A stretch of DNA of 53,734 nt from Actinomycetota bacterium (lineage in GTDB: Bacteria; Actinomycetota; Acidimicrobiia; IMCC26256; VFJJ01). Positions within the stretch are counted from its first letter, which is position 1; each line of letters begins with the position of its first letter. The notes beneath the pieces are model-generated. The model saw only the letters and a program-made list of their open reading frames with translations, searched no databases and was not told where the DNA came from. The stretch is taken from assembly GCA_009886115.1 (NCBI GenBank), contig VFJJ01000053.1, forward strand, positions 1 to 53,734. The letters run 5' to 3'. Below, piece after piece: positions 7,623 through 17,030 of this stretch. The position numbers were made by a program, and so were the translations under genes.

Positions 7623-9920
7623 ATGGGTGGTGTTGTTCCCTCAGGCTGGTTCCCCGTCAGGCCGATGTTCCGAGGAGCTGAACACCTGCATCGTGAGCGG
7701 AGGCCCGTGGCATCGATCCCGAATGGAACGGAGCGCGATGTCGCCGCCCCACCGGGATTCGGGCCGGGCGCTGTCGCAGCTGCACGTCCTGGGCGGCCGA
7801 GCCCCTCCAACCGGAGGGACCGGCGCACGGCCGTGTACATGGCCGCCGTCATCACTTCAGGTATCGCCATGATGGTGCTCGGGATCGTGGGCCCCTTCGA
7901 GATGCGGCGCTCGTTGAGCGAGCCTGGCTTCTGGATGCTGTGCTCCTTCGCACTCGTCGGTGAGCTGCGGCCGGTCAGCGTGCGCTGGGGCACCCAGGAA
8001 CAGGTGTTCTCGCTGTCGACGCCGTTCGTGTTCGCGTCGCTGCTCGCCTACGGGGTCGGCCCGTCGTTCATCACCCTGCTCATCGCGGTCGTCGTGGTCG
8101 ACGCGGTGGCCCGGTGCCATCCGGTGAAGATCGCGTTCAACTGCGCCGGCACCGTGATCGCGTTGGGTGCGGCCGGAGCGATCCTCCACGCGGCAGCGCC
8201 GGACGATCTCGGCACGGTGAACGTCGTCGCCGGCCGGTACGCACCAGCCATCGTTCTCGCGTCGTTCGCGCTGTTCGCGGTGAACATGACGCTGACCTCG
8301 GCCTACGTGGCGCTCAAGCAGGGGATGGTCGTCGTCAGGCATCTCCGCCGGTCGGTGACCATCAACCTCGTGACCACCCTGGCGCAGCTGGCGTTCGGAC
8401 CCTTGGTGGCCCTGTCGATCCTGACCCGGCCCTGGCTCGTGGCGCTGGTCCTCGTCCCGCTCTTCGCGGTCTTCAAGGGGGCCGAGGCGGTCTCGAAGGT
8501 CGAGTTCCAGGCCATGCACGATTCGCTGACGGGTCTGCCGAACCGGGCCTTCCTCCGCGACCGGGTCGAAGAGGCGATCGAGGCCGCGAGCGAGGCGCAC
8601 GGCTCGAGCCCGACCGGCCGGGTGGCCATCTTGCTGTGCGATCTCGACGGGTTCAAGGAGGTCAACGACACCCTCGGCCACCACGTCGGCGACGAGCTCC
8701 TCAAGGAGGTCGGGACCCGGCTCCAGCAGGCCCTGGGCGACAACGTCAACGTGTCACGGCTGGGCGGTGACGAGTTCGCCCTCTCGGTGCAGGTCCACGA
8801 TCTCGACGAGGCCACCGTGATCGCCGCCCGGCTTCAGGAGGCGCTCGATCAGCCATTCGTCTTCGGCGCGGCACGCCTGAACGTGGAGACGAGCATCGGG
8901 ATCGCGACGTTCCCCGACCACGCCACCGACTTCGACACCCTGCTGCAGAAGGCCGACGTCGCCATGTACCGGGCCAAGGCCCATCACACCGGGGTCGAGG
9001 TCTACGACCCGGCGAACGACCGCAACAGCCAGGCCAAGCTGAACCTGCTGGGCGAGCTGCGTGACGCCATCCCCAACAACGAGCTGGTGCTCTACTACCA
9101 ACCCAAGATCGACCTGGCGACCAATGAGATCGTGGGCGTCGAGGCCCTCGTGCGCTGGAACCATCCCGAACGCGGCTTCACGCCGCCGGACGACTTCATC
9201 CCTCTGGCCGAGCGCACCGGGCTCATCAACCCGCTCACCGACTGGGTGGTGGAAGCGGCGCTGGCCCAGTCGCACGCCTGGCGTGGTCAGGGCCTCGACC
9301 TCGGCGTGGCCGTCAACATCTCGGTGCGCTGCCTCTATGACCGGAGCTTCCCCGAGCGGGTGGCCGACGCGCTGGCTCGCTGGATGGTCCCGGCGAGCAG
9401 CCTCAAGCTGGAGATCACCGAGGGCATGCTCATGGCCGACCCCCGCCGGGCCATGCCCGTGTTGGCCGAGCTCGAGAAGATGGGGCTCTCGCTGGCCCTC
9501 GACGACTTCGGGACGGGCTACTCGTCGCTCGCCTACCTGAAGAGGCTGCCCGTCGCCGAGCTCAAGATCGACAAGTCGTTCGTGATGCACATGACCGAGG
9601 ATCAGGCCGACTCGACGATCGTCCGCACCACCATCGACATGGCCCGCAACCTCGGGCTGCACGTGGTGGCCGAGGGCGTCGAGAACCAGGAGGCACTCGA
9701 CCTGCTCGTGCTCTTCGGCTGCAACCTCGCCCAGGGTTACCACATCAGCCGACCGCTTCCCGTCGACAAGGCCGACGTCTTCCTCACCGAGAGCGGGCTC
9801 CTCGTGCCCCGCCTGGCGCCCCGGATCCCCGACGTCGCCTGGCCCGTGCAGACGGTGCCTCCCGTTGTCGCAGCAGCCGAGGCACGGACCTTGATTCGGC
9901 CGCTCCAGTTCACCACGTGA
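7623..9920 (+). CDS. Membrane-sensor diguanylate cyclase/phosphodiesterase (multi-TM sensor - GGDEF - EAL)
   Basis: About 7-8 TM segments with GELRPV...SLSTPFVFA...KIAFN; HDSLTGLPNR, DLDGFKEVND and RLGGDEF; YQPKI, EALVRW, DDFGTGYSSL and AEGVE intact; no RxxD I-site; exact start uncertain. Confidence 0.93.
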   Translation: MGGVVPSGWFPVRPMFRGAEHLHRERRPVASIPNGTERDVAAPPGFGPGAVAAARPGRPSPSNRRDRRTAVYMAAVITSGIAMMVLGIVGPFEMRRSLSEPGFWMLCSFALVGELRPVSVRWGTQEQVFSLSTPFVFASLLAYGVGPSFITLLIAVVVVDAVARCHPVKIAFNCAGTVIALGAAGAILHAAAPDDLGTVNVVAGRYAPAIVLASFALFAVNMTLTSAYVALKQGMVVVRHLRRSVTINLVTTLAQLAFGPLVALSILTRPWLVALVLVPLFAVFKGAEAVSKVEFQAMHDSLTGLPNRAFLRDRVEEAIEAASEAHGSSPTGRVAILLCDLDGFKEVNDTLGHHVGDELLKEVGTRLQQALGDNVNVSRLGGDEFALSVQVHDLDEATVIAARLQEALDQPFVFGAARLNVETSIGIATFPDHATDFDTLLQKADVAMYRAKAHHTGVEVYDPANDRNSQAKLNLLGELRDAIPNNELVLYYQPKIDLATNEIVGVEALVRWNHPERGFTPPDDFIPLAERTGLINPLTDWVVEAALAQSHAWRGQGLDLGVAVNISVRCLYDRSFPERVADALARWMVPASSLKLEITEGMLMADPRRAMPVLAELEKMGLSLALDDFGTGYSSLAYLKRLPVAELKIDKSFVMHMTEDQADSTIVRTTIDMARNLGLHVVAEGVENQEALDLLVLFGCNLAQGYHISRPLPVDKADVFLTESGLLVPRLAPRIPDVAWPVQTVPPVVAAAEARTLIRPLQFTT

Positions 9921-9983
9921 CGACCAGCGGCCGGCCTCACCCCCCGGGGGGCGCGCCTGGCTGCAGTTCGCCCGTCTCTGCCG

Positions 9984-10365
9984 TCAGCGCGCGGCCGGAA
10001 CGGTCACGGTGAAGCGGGCGCCGCCGAGCGGGGCGACGCTCACCATGACCCGCAAGCGAGCCAGGAGGACGACGAGAGAGAACGGCTTGCGCAGGTAGTC
10101 GTCGGCCCCAGTGTCGAGGGCCTCGGCCTCGTCGAGCTCGCCGTCTTTTGCCGTGAGCATGAGGATCGGTGTCCACACGCCGGCCGCCCTGAGGTCACGA
10201 CAGACCTGGAAGCCGTTCTTTCCGGGCAGCATGATGTCGAGGACGATCGCGGCGTCGTCGAGCTCCTGGGCCCGCCACAGCCCGTCGAGACCGTCATGCT
10301 CGATGTCGACCGCGTAGCCCGTCTTCCAGGCGGCCTCGTCCGACGAGTCGAAGGGCGCCGGCCAT
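9984..10365 (-). pseudogene. Collapsed two-component system: OmpR-type receiver fragment fused in frame to the last ~20 aa of a histidine kinase
   Basis: GYAVDIEHDGLDGLWRAQE...IVLDIMLPGKNGFQVCRDLR...PILMLTAKD...GADDYLRKPFSLVVLLARLR runs straight into VMVSVAPLGGARFTVTVP* (HATPase_c end); frameshift near 10320; the receiver N-terminus is missing. Confidence 0.8.
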
Positions 10366-10426
10366 GGAGCGGCGCTGAGCGGGCCCCCCGTGGCGTGTCG
10401 CCCACGGCCGCCGTAGCCTGCGCGCC

Positions 10427-11302
10427 ATGCAATTCTGGCAATCGATCGCCTTCACCGAGACCGACCAGCTCATCGACATCGCCAAGATCGCCGAGGAGGT
10501 CGGCTTCGAAGGCCTCGGCCTGGCCGAGCATCTTGTGACCCCCGACGAGATCGCCTCGACCTACCCGTACTCTGCCGACGGCACGGCCCGCTGGGACGGC
10601 AGCGCCCACTTCCCCGAGCCGTGGGCGCTGGCTTCGATGCTCGCATCGCACACCCGAACCCTGCGCTTTTGCACCAGCGTGTACATCCTGCCCATGCACG
10701 ACGTGTTCAGTGCAGCCAAGGCCGTCTCCACCGCGGCGTACCTGTCCGACAACCGGGTCATCCTCGGGGTCGGCGTGGGCTGGATGAAAGAGGAGTTCGT
10801 CCTCACCGGACAGGACTTCCACACTCGGGGCCGACGGATGGACGAGATGCTCGTGGTCATGGGCAAGCTCTTCGCTGGTGGCATGGTCGAGCACCACGGC
10901 CAGTTCTTCGACTTTCCCGCGATGCAGATGGAACCGCACCCGTCACGGCCCGTTCCCGTCTACACCGGCGGGCACTCCGAGCCGGCGCTGCGCCGAGCGG
11001 CGCGCTGGGACGGGTGGTTCGGGGCCGGGCCGTACACGATCGACGAGCTGACCGGCCACATGGCCCGTCTCGACGAGATCCGGCGCGAGGTGGGGACAGC
11101 CGACCGGCCGTACGGGATCATCGCCGGGCTCTGGGAGTTCCCCGACCTCGACACCTGCAAGCGTCTCGAGGACCGGGGCGTCACCGGGCTGGTGAAGATC
11201 CCCTGGTTCTTCGATGGCATCCCCACCTCCACCGTCGAGTACAAGCGCGAGACCATGGAGCGCTTCGCCGAGCAGTACATCGAGCCTCTCCGCTCGCGCT
11301 GA
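10427..11302 (+). CDS. LLM class (probably F420-dependent) oxidoreductase
   Basis: AEEVGFEGLGLAEHLV..P..IASTYPY, LGVGVGWMKEEF and GGHSEPALRRAA; TAGCCT -10 just upstream (leaderless). Confidence 0.9.
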   Translation: MQFWQSIAFTETDQLIDIAKIAEEVGFEGLGLAEHLVTPDEIASTYPYSADGTARWDGSAHFPEPWALASMLASHTRTLRFCTSVYILPMHDVFSAAKAVSTAAYLSDNRVILGVGVGWMKEEFVLTGQDFHTRGRRMDEMLVVMGKLFAGGMVEHHGQFFDFPAMQMEPHPSRPVPVYTGGHSEPALRRAARWDGWFGAGPYTIDELTGHMARLDEIRREVGTADRPYGIIAGLWEFPDLDTCKRLEDRGVTGLVKIPWFFDGIPTSTVEYKRETMERFAEQYIEPLRSR

Positions 11303-11342
11303 CCACCCCGGGGCGACCCGGCGCCCGGCATCCCCATGCGGT

Positions 11343-13382
11343 CTATTGGGAGAGCCGCACGGGGATGCCGCTCTGGATCACCATGCCCGTCAGGGGGTCG
11401 ACGCCGCCGCCGCCGGGTCGGGTCGCGGTGAGAACGCTCACGTTCTGGCCCGCCAGCCCGTGGGGAACGGCCAGCGCGCCGGGCACGATGTCGTCGGTGA
11501 TCCTGATCTCGACCCTGAGCTCGGTGTCACCCGTCATCGCGTGCAGGACCGCCGTCGTGGCGTTCGGGTCCAACCCGGCCTCGGCCGCGGTGAGCGGATG
11601 CACCCAGACCGCGATGTCGTCGCCACCCCGGGCGATGTCGCGCAGGCCAGAATTCATGCGGCGCAACGATCTCCGGGGAATGACGACCGTCGTCGGTCGT
11701 CCGTTGCGGGCCTCGCGGCCGGCGGCCGTCCCACTCCCCGGCTCGGCCTCCGTCCACCGATCGAGCTGCTCGACGAGCGCCGAGGGGGCAAGCCGCCATC
11801 GGCCATCGGGCAGCACGCGCTCGTGGACCCATCCCCGCGGGCGCGGCTCGTCAGCGATGTACAGGCCGGGTTCGCGCACCTCGGGAGCCATACGCACCAT
11901 GGCCGCCAGCGGATCGGTCTCGGGTTCGTAGCCGAGACGCGATCCGAGCTCGGCGAGGACCTCGCTCAACACACGCCGATCGGCAGCCGGGCTGAACACG
12001 GGCGGCGTGTGGTGGGCGAAGCGCATCGTGGGGAACACGTCGGTGTAGAAGCTCACGTCGGTGCGTTCCAACTGGCCGGCCACGGGGAGCACATGGGTCG
12101 CCAGCGCGACCGTGTCGCTCTCGATCACGTCGGCGACAACGAGCACCTCCAACTGCGCCATGGCTTCGGTGAGTCGCCGGGCGTCGGGGAGGGCCGTCAC
12201 CGGGTTGCCGCCGAACACGAGCAGCGCCCGCACGTTGCCGGCCTCGATCTCGTCGGCCAGGGCCGCGCACGGCAACTCGCCGAAGCGCCCCGGGAGGTCC
12301 GGACGACTGGCGGGCCCGGGCGCAGGGCGACCGTCAGACCTCGCGAGGGTGCGCTCGTCGAGGCGCATGAGGTAGCCGGGGTTGAACCAGGCGCCGTCGG
12401 GATGCTCGAACGAGCCGGTGACGATCTGCAGCGTCCAGGCGAGCCACTCGGTGATGTTCGCCGCTGCTGCCATGGTGCAGCCGGTTCCCGTCGCCACCGT
12501 GACCTTGTGACCGGGCGACGACCGGAGCGCGTCGAGGAGCCCGTCGAGCTCGCCCGGTGCGAGCCCGGTGCGCTCCGCAGCCCGGTCGACGGTCCACGGC
12601 TCGACGGCTCGGGCCACCGCGGCCAGATCGTCGGCCACGCTCCGACGGTTGAGATACCCGCGATCGTCGAGGCCCTCGGCCAGCACGGCCCGCACGAGGA
12701 AGGCCAGGACCGCCGGGTCGCTCCCGGGGCTGATCGCCAAGTGCCCGTTGGCCAGGCGGGCCGTCTCGGTGCGTCTCGGATCGGCCACCCACAGCCCGCC
12801 GCGCCCGGCGAGCGTCCGCATCACGGTCACCGGATCGACGAGGCCCGACGAGTGCCCGTGCGACACGACGGGGTTCGAGCCGAGGAGGAGCGTGAGCCCC
12901 CGGGTGTCGGGGTCGAGGCTCGGGATGAGACTGGGCGAGCCGCCCATGACCTCGGCGACGAAGCTACGGGCGATGGCGTCGACGCTGAGCGCCGAGTACC
13001 GGCTGCGGGAGCCGAGCTGGCGCCAGAGGCGATCGGCGGCTCGCTTGCCGAATGCGTCGATCCACGACCAGGTGCCGAAGTAGACGGCGATCCCGTCGGG
13101 GCCCTGCCGGTCGACGATCTGGCCCAGGCGTTGTGCGAGATCGGCGAGCAGCGCGTCCCACGAGACCTCGACCGTGTGGCCCGTCGGTCCCATGCGGGGC
13201 CGGTCGAGCCTGAGGGGATGATGGTGGAACTCGCCCAGCGCCCGACCCTTCGGGCACGTGTAGCCGCGAGACACCGGATGGTCGGCGTCGCCGCGCACCC
13301 GAACGACACGCCCGTCGTCGACGGTCGCGACCACGCCGCATTGCACGGGGCAGATCCGACACGTGCTGCGGTGCTCCGGCAT
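11343..13382 (-). CDS. Molybdopterin (Mo/W-bisPGD) oxidoreductase, single subunit
   Basis: CRICPVQCG...GDADHPVSRGYTCPKG 4Fe-4S motif, LLLGSNPVVSHG, GGNPV, ATHVLPV...LER and a C-terminal molydop-binding domain; start trimmed to ATG 13382. Confidence 0.9.
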   Translation of the reverse strand: MPEHRSTCRICPVQCGVVATVDDGRVVRVRGDADHPVSRGYTCPKGRALGEFHHHPLRLDRPRMGPTGHTVEVSWDALLADLAQRLGQIVDRQGPDGIAVYFGTWSWIDAFGKRAADRLWRQLGSRSRYSALSVDAIARSFVAEVMGGSPSLIPSLDPDTRGLTLLLGSNPVVSHGHSSGLVDPVTVMRTLAGRGGLWVADPRRTETARLANGHLAISPGSDPAVLAFLVRAVLAEGLDDRGYLNRRSVADDLAAVARAVEPWTVDRAAERTGLAPGELDGLLDALRSSPGHKVTVATGTGCTMAAAANITEWLAWTLQIVTGSFEHPDGAWFNPGYLMRLDERTLARSDGRPAPGPASRPDLPGRFGELPCAALADEIEAGNVRALLVFGGNPVTALPDARRLTEAMAQLEVLVVADVIESDTVALATHVLPVAGQLERTDVSFYTDVFPTMRFAHHTPPVFSPAADRRVLSEVLAELGSRLGYEPETDPLAAMVRMAPEVREPGLYIADEPRPRGWVHERVLPDGRWRLAPSALVEQLDRWTEAEPGSGTAAGREARNGRPTTVVIPRRSLRRMNSGLRDIARGGDDIAVWVHPLTAAEAGLDPNATTAVLHAMTGDTELRVEIRITDDIVPGALAVPHGLAGQNVSVLTATRPGGGGVDPLTGMVIQSGIPVRLSQ

Positions 13383-13509
13383 GACGCCATCTTGGCGCAC
13401 CGTGGCGCCCGACGGGTGAGCCGATGGTGAGCAGGCGCGGCGTCGGGGCGCGTACGGTGACGGCCGCGCGGCTCGGAGCGAGACAGCCGCCGGAGCCCAG
13501 GGAGCGGCG

Positions 13510-14403
13510 ATGTCCGAGCGGTTGCTGTCAGACGACGAGCTCCGTGCGCTGAGCACGCCTCCGAGGGCCCAGGTCGCGGCGGCCATCGAGGCCGGCGACC
13601 ACGAGCGGGCGGCCACGCTCGTACGCGACTTCACCAGGGGCTTTCGCGACTTCATCGTGGGCTTCGACGCCTGGATGGCCGCCATCCAGGAATGGCTGGC
13701 CATGCCGACGACCGAGGGGGGCGGGGGCGGCTTCGAGGCGCTCACCTCGGCGGCCGCTGTCGAATGGGAGGTGGCCCGTCACGCGCTCCGCCTCGGCATC
13801 ACCGACGATGACTGGACCATCTGGAACGTCGCGAACGTCGCGAACGAGCCGCAGGCGTCCGAGGCCGATCTCGACGAGTTCATTCGCATCGAGAACGCCT
13901 TGCGCCGCCTGCACGATCTCGGCCGCGACCGGGTGGCCCTGGCGCTCTCGCACGTCTATCGCACCCACGGCGTCGACGCGCTCGAGCGTTGCCTGCGCCA
14001 CGCGGCCGATCTCACGATCCTCCGCGCCATGGAGCGCGACCTCCAGCGCGACCCCGTCGCCCGGGTGCGCCGCTGGAGTCGGATGGGGCTCTACAACTTC
14101 ACGAGCATCACCGTCGAGGAGTCGGACGACGCCTTCACGATCGTGCAGGACCCGTGCGGGACCTGCGGCCGTCAGTTGCTCGACGGTCTGTACGGACCGC
14201 CCCTCGACCTCGCCGTGGTCACCGAGCACTGCGCCATCACCTGGGGACGCGGCACCACGCCCATCTACCGCTCGCACGTCCCGCTCATGCACTCGGTGAT
14301 GCCCATCGAGCGCGTCGGCGTGCCCTGGCCGCTGCTCGAGTGCCCCGAAGGGATGATCGCGGGTCCGTGCCGCATCGTGCTGAAGAAGGATCCCCGTGCC
14401 TGA
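13510..14403 (+). CDS. Hypothetical protein with a DPCGTCGR motif
   Basis: GGGAG RBS, strong GC3 bias; Cys/His cluster DPCGTCGR, EHC, HVPLMH and ECPEG..GPC. Confidence 0.75.
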   Translation: MSERLLSDDELRALSTPPRAQVAAAIEAGDHERAATLVRDFTRGFRDFIVGFDAWMAAIQEWLAMPTTEGGGGGFEALTSAAAVEWEVARHALRLGITDDDWTIWNVANVANEPQASEADLDEFIRIENALRRLHDLGRDRVALALSHVYRTHGVDALERCLRHAADLTILRAMERDLQRDPVARVRRWSRMGLYNFTSITVEESDDAFTIVQDPCGTCGRQLLDGLYGPPLDLAVVTEHCAITWGRGTTPIYRSHVPLMHSVMPIERVGVPWPLLECPEGMIAGPCRIVLKKDPRA

Positions 14404-15076
14404 GCCGACCCCGGCCGCGACCCCGGAACCAGAACCAGAACCGGCGATCGACATGGCGCCGACCGACGGCGGGTTCGGGCCCGGGTTCTTCACCCGGGCC
14501 GACGAGACCTCCGACGCCCGCTTCTATGCCCCGCCCCGGCTCGTGACCCACATCGACGCCGGAGCGATCGAGGCCGTCGGGCTGCTCTACGAGGAGCTCG
14601 ACCTCACCGGCGCCGTGCTCGACCTCATGAGCTCGTGGGTCTCGCACTTCCGTCGGGCTCCGGCCCATCTCACCGTCCTCGGCATGAACGAGGCCGAGCT
14701 GGAAGCGAATCCCCTTGCGGCCCAACGGGTCGTTCACGATTTGAACGCCGACCCCCGCGTGCCCTTTGGTGATGCCAGCTTCGACGCGGCCACGTGCTGC
14801 GTGTCGGTCGACTACATCACCCAGCCCGTTGCTGTGTTCACGGAGGTGGCCCGGGTCTTGCGACCGGGCGCGCCTTTCGTGTGCACGTTTTCGAACCGGT
14901 GCTTTCCCACGAAGGCCATCAGGGGATGGCTGGCGACCGACGATGCCGGTCACTGCGAGATCGTCGCCCGCTACTTCCGGGCTGCGGCCAGGTACAGCGA
15001 ACCCACGGTGCGGCACTGCAACCCGGGCGCCCGAAGCGACCCTCTGTACGCCGTGTGGGCCACGACCATCGGCTGA
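14396..15076 (+). CDS. Class I SAM-dependent methyltransferase
   Basis: FYAPPRLVTHID, VLDLMSSWVSH, LGMNEAEL..NP, VSVDY and FSNRCFPTKA. Confidence 0.9.
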   Translation: MPEPTPAATPEPEPEPAIDMAPTDGGFGPGFFTRADETSDARFYAPPRLVTHIDAGAIEAVGLLYEELDLTGAVLDLMSSWVSHFRRAPAHLTVLGMNEAELEANPLAAQRVVHDLNADPRVPFGDASFDAATCCVSVDYITQPVAVFTEVARVLRPGAPFVCTFSNRCFPTKAIRGWLATDDAGHCEIVARYFRAAARYSEPTVRHCNPGARSDPLYAVWATTIG

Positions 15077-15102
15077 CCGGCTCACCCCGGCCGGAGCGAC
15101 CA

Positions 15103-15762
15103 TCACGAGCTGAGGTGCGTCCCGAAGAAGGCCAGCATCCGGTGCCAGGCATCGGCGGCGGCTTCGGGATGGTGGTTGGGTGAGCCGTCGCGCATGAACC
15201 CGTGCTCGGCACCCTCGTAGACGACCACGTCGCCCGGATGATGCGCCCGCACGGCGTCGACGTCGGCATTGGGGATCCACTCGTCGCGGTCACCGAAGAA
15301 GGCCAGGAGCGGACACGTCGGTTCGCCGAGGATGCTGGCGATCTGGCCCCCGTAGAACGGCACGGCGGCGTCGATCGGGACGCCCGAGACGGCGGACCGG
15401 TACGTGAGCCGCCCACCGTTGCAGAACCCGGTGAGGCCCACCTTGGTCGCGCCCATCGCCCGGGCCTCGAGCACGGCCGCAGTGACGTCGGTGAGAGCGA
15501 GCGGATCGGGAAGGTTTCTGAACCACATCTCGCTGGCCGCCCGCTCATTGTCGGGGCCGCCGAAGCGGGCGAAGAGGTCGGGGGCGATGGCGAGGTACCC
15601 GGCGTCGGCCAGCCGCTCGCAGAACCGAAGGAGCTGCAAGGTCAGCCCGTGCCCTTCGAGGAGCACGACCACCGCGGCACCCGTCGCCCGGTTCGATCGG
15701 GGTCGGGCGCAGAAGTACGGCACCGGGAGGGCGTCCTCGGTTCGAGCTACGACATCGGTCAC
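15103..15762 (-). CDS. Dienelactone hydrolase family protein
   Basis: [10 protein letters not shown], nucleophile motif [15 protein letters not shown] and YEGAEHGF (C-D-H triad). Confidence 0.9.
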   Translation of the reverse strand: MTDVVARTEDALPVPYFCARPRSNRATGAAVVVLLEGHGLTLQLLRFCERLADAGYLAIAPDLFARFGGPDNERAASEMWFRNLPDPLALTDVTAAVLEARAMGATKVGLTGFCNGGRLTYRSAVSGVPIDAAVPFYGGQIASILGEPTCPLLAFFGDRDEWIPNADVDAVRAHHPGDVVVYEGAEHGFMRDGSPNHHPEAAADAWHRMLAFFGTHLSS

Positions 15763-15895
15763 GGAGTCTCCGATCGGGGGGCCACGTTCGCGCAGGCGGC
15801 CCTGCTCACGCGCTCCGCCTCGTCGCCGGGATCGTCGACCCGCGAGCTACCTTCCGTCAAGACCACCCCCGTTCGATTTTGGAGGCACCACAGCC

Positions 15896-16909
15896 ATGCC
15901 GAGCCTCGACGACTATGAGCGGTACCCGCTCACCTTCGGCCCGTCCCCGATCCATCCGCTGAAACGCCTCAGCGCGCACCTGGGGGGTCGGGTCGAGATC
16001 TGGGCCAAACGCGACGACTGCAACTCGGGGATCGCCTTCGGTGGCAACAAGATCCGCAAGCTCGAGTACCTCGTGCCCGACGCGCTGGCCCAGGGCTGCG
16101 ACACGCTCGTCTCCATCGGCGGCGTGCAGTCGAACCACACCCGGCAGGTCACCGGCGTCGCCGCGTACCTCGGTCTCAAGGCCGTCACGGTGCAGGAAGC
16201 CTGGGTCGACTGGCCCGATGTCGTGTACGACAAGGTGGGCAACATCCAGCTCTCACGCATCATGGGTGGCGACGTGCGTCTCGATCCGGCTGGTTTCGAC
16301 ATCGGCATTCGCGACAGTTGGCAGCGGGCCATCGACTCGGTCATCGAGGCCGGGGGCAAGCCCTACCCCATCCCGGCCGGTGCCTCGGAGCACCCCCTGG
16401 GAGGTCTCGGGTACGCCAACTGGGCCCGTGAGGTTGCAGCGCAGGAGCTCGAGCGCGGCATCTTCTTCGACCACGTCATCGTGTGCACCGTCACCGGCTC
16501 GACGCACGCCGGGATGATCGCTGGCTTCGCGCTCGAGAACCGGCGCGACCGCCAGGTGATCGGCATCGACGCCTCGGCCACGCTCGACAAGACCGTCGAC
16601 CAGGTGAGCCGCATCGCCCGTCGCACGGCCGAGATGATCGGCCTCGATCGCGACCTCCGGCCCGACGAGATCACCATCGTCGACGGCTACTCGGCCGGCA
16701 TCTACGGCATTCCCGACGCGCAGACGATCGACGCCATCCGAACCTGTGCCCGCCTGGAAGGAATGCTCACCGACCCGGTGTACGAAGGGAAGTCGATGGC
16801 CGGGCTGATCGGCATGGTGCGATCGGGCGAGATCCCCGCCGGGTCGAAGGTGCTCTACGCCCATCTCGGGGGCCAGACCTGCCTCCCCGCGTACGCCGGA
16901 GTTCTCTGA
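15896..16909 (+). CDS. acdS: 1-aminocyclopropane-1-carboxylate deaminase
   Basis: [51 protein letters not shown] and YAHLGG (the Glu/Leu pair that separates AcdS from D-cysteine desulfhydrase); GGAGG RBS before ATG 15896. Confidence 0.93.
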   Translation: MPSLDDYERYPLTFGPSPIHPLKRLSAHLGGRVEIWAKRDDCNSGIAFGGNKIRKLEYLVPDALAQGCDTLVSIGGVQSNHTRQVTGVAAYLGLKAVTVQEAWVDWPDVVYDKVGNIQLSRIMGGDVRLDPAGFDIGIRDSWQRAIDSVIEAGGKPYPIPAGASEHPLGGLGYANWAREVAAQELERGIFFDHVIVCTVTGSTHAGMIAGFALENRRDRQVIGIDASATLDKTVDQVSRIARRTAEMIGLDRDLRPDEITIVDGYSAGIYGIPDAQTIDAIRTCARLEGMLTDPVYEGKSMAGLIGMVRSGEIPAGSKVLYAHLGGQTCLPAYAGVL

Positions 16910-17030
16910 GCGTTCGCATGACGGGTTCAGCGGGGGCGAGGGCGGCTGTTCCCTGACCCGGCCCCAGCCCCGGGGGCGGGGCGGGGGCGGAGGCGGTCAA
17001 GATGCCGTCTCGAGCGTCCGATACCACAGC

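Noticed and set aside
13383..13745. N-terminal extensions in the ORF track (also acdS from 15404, surE from 19889, MFS copy B from 29660, cNMP from 50249)
   Set aside because: They overlap neighbouring genes and precede the first family motif; better starts with an RBS or -10 lie downstream
16957..16996. G-rich tract after acdS as a G-quadruplex
   Set aside because: Only three long G runs, and it can pair with the adjacent C-rich arm as an ordinary terminator-like hairpin
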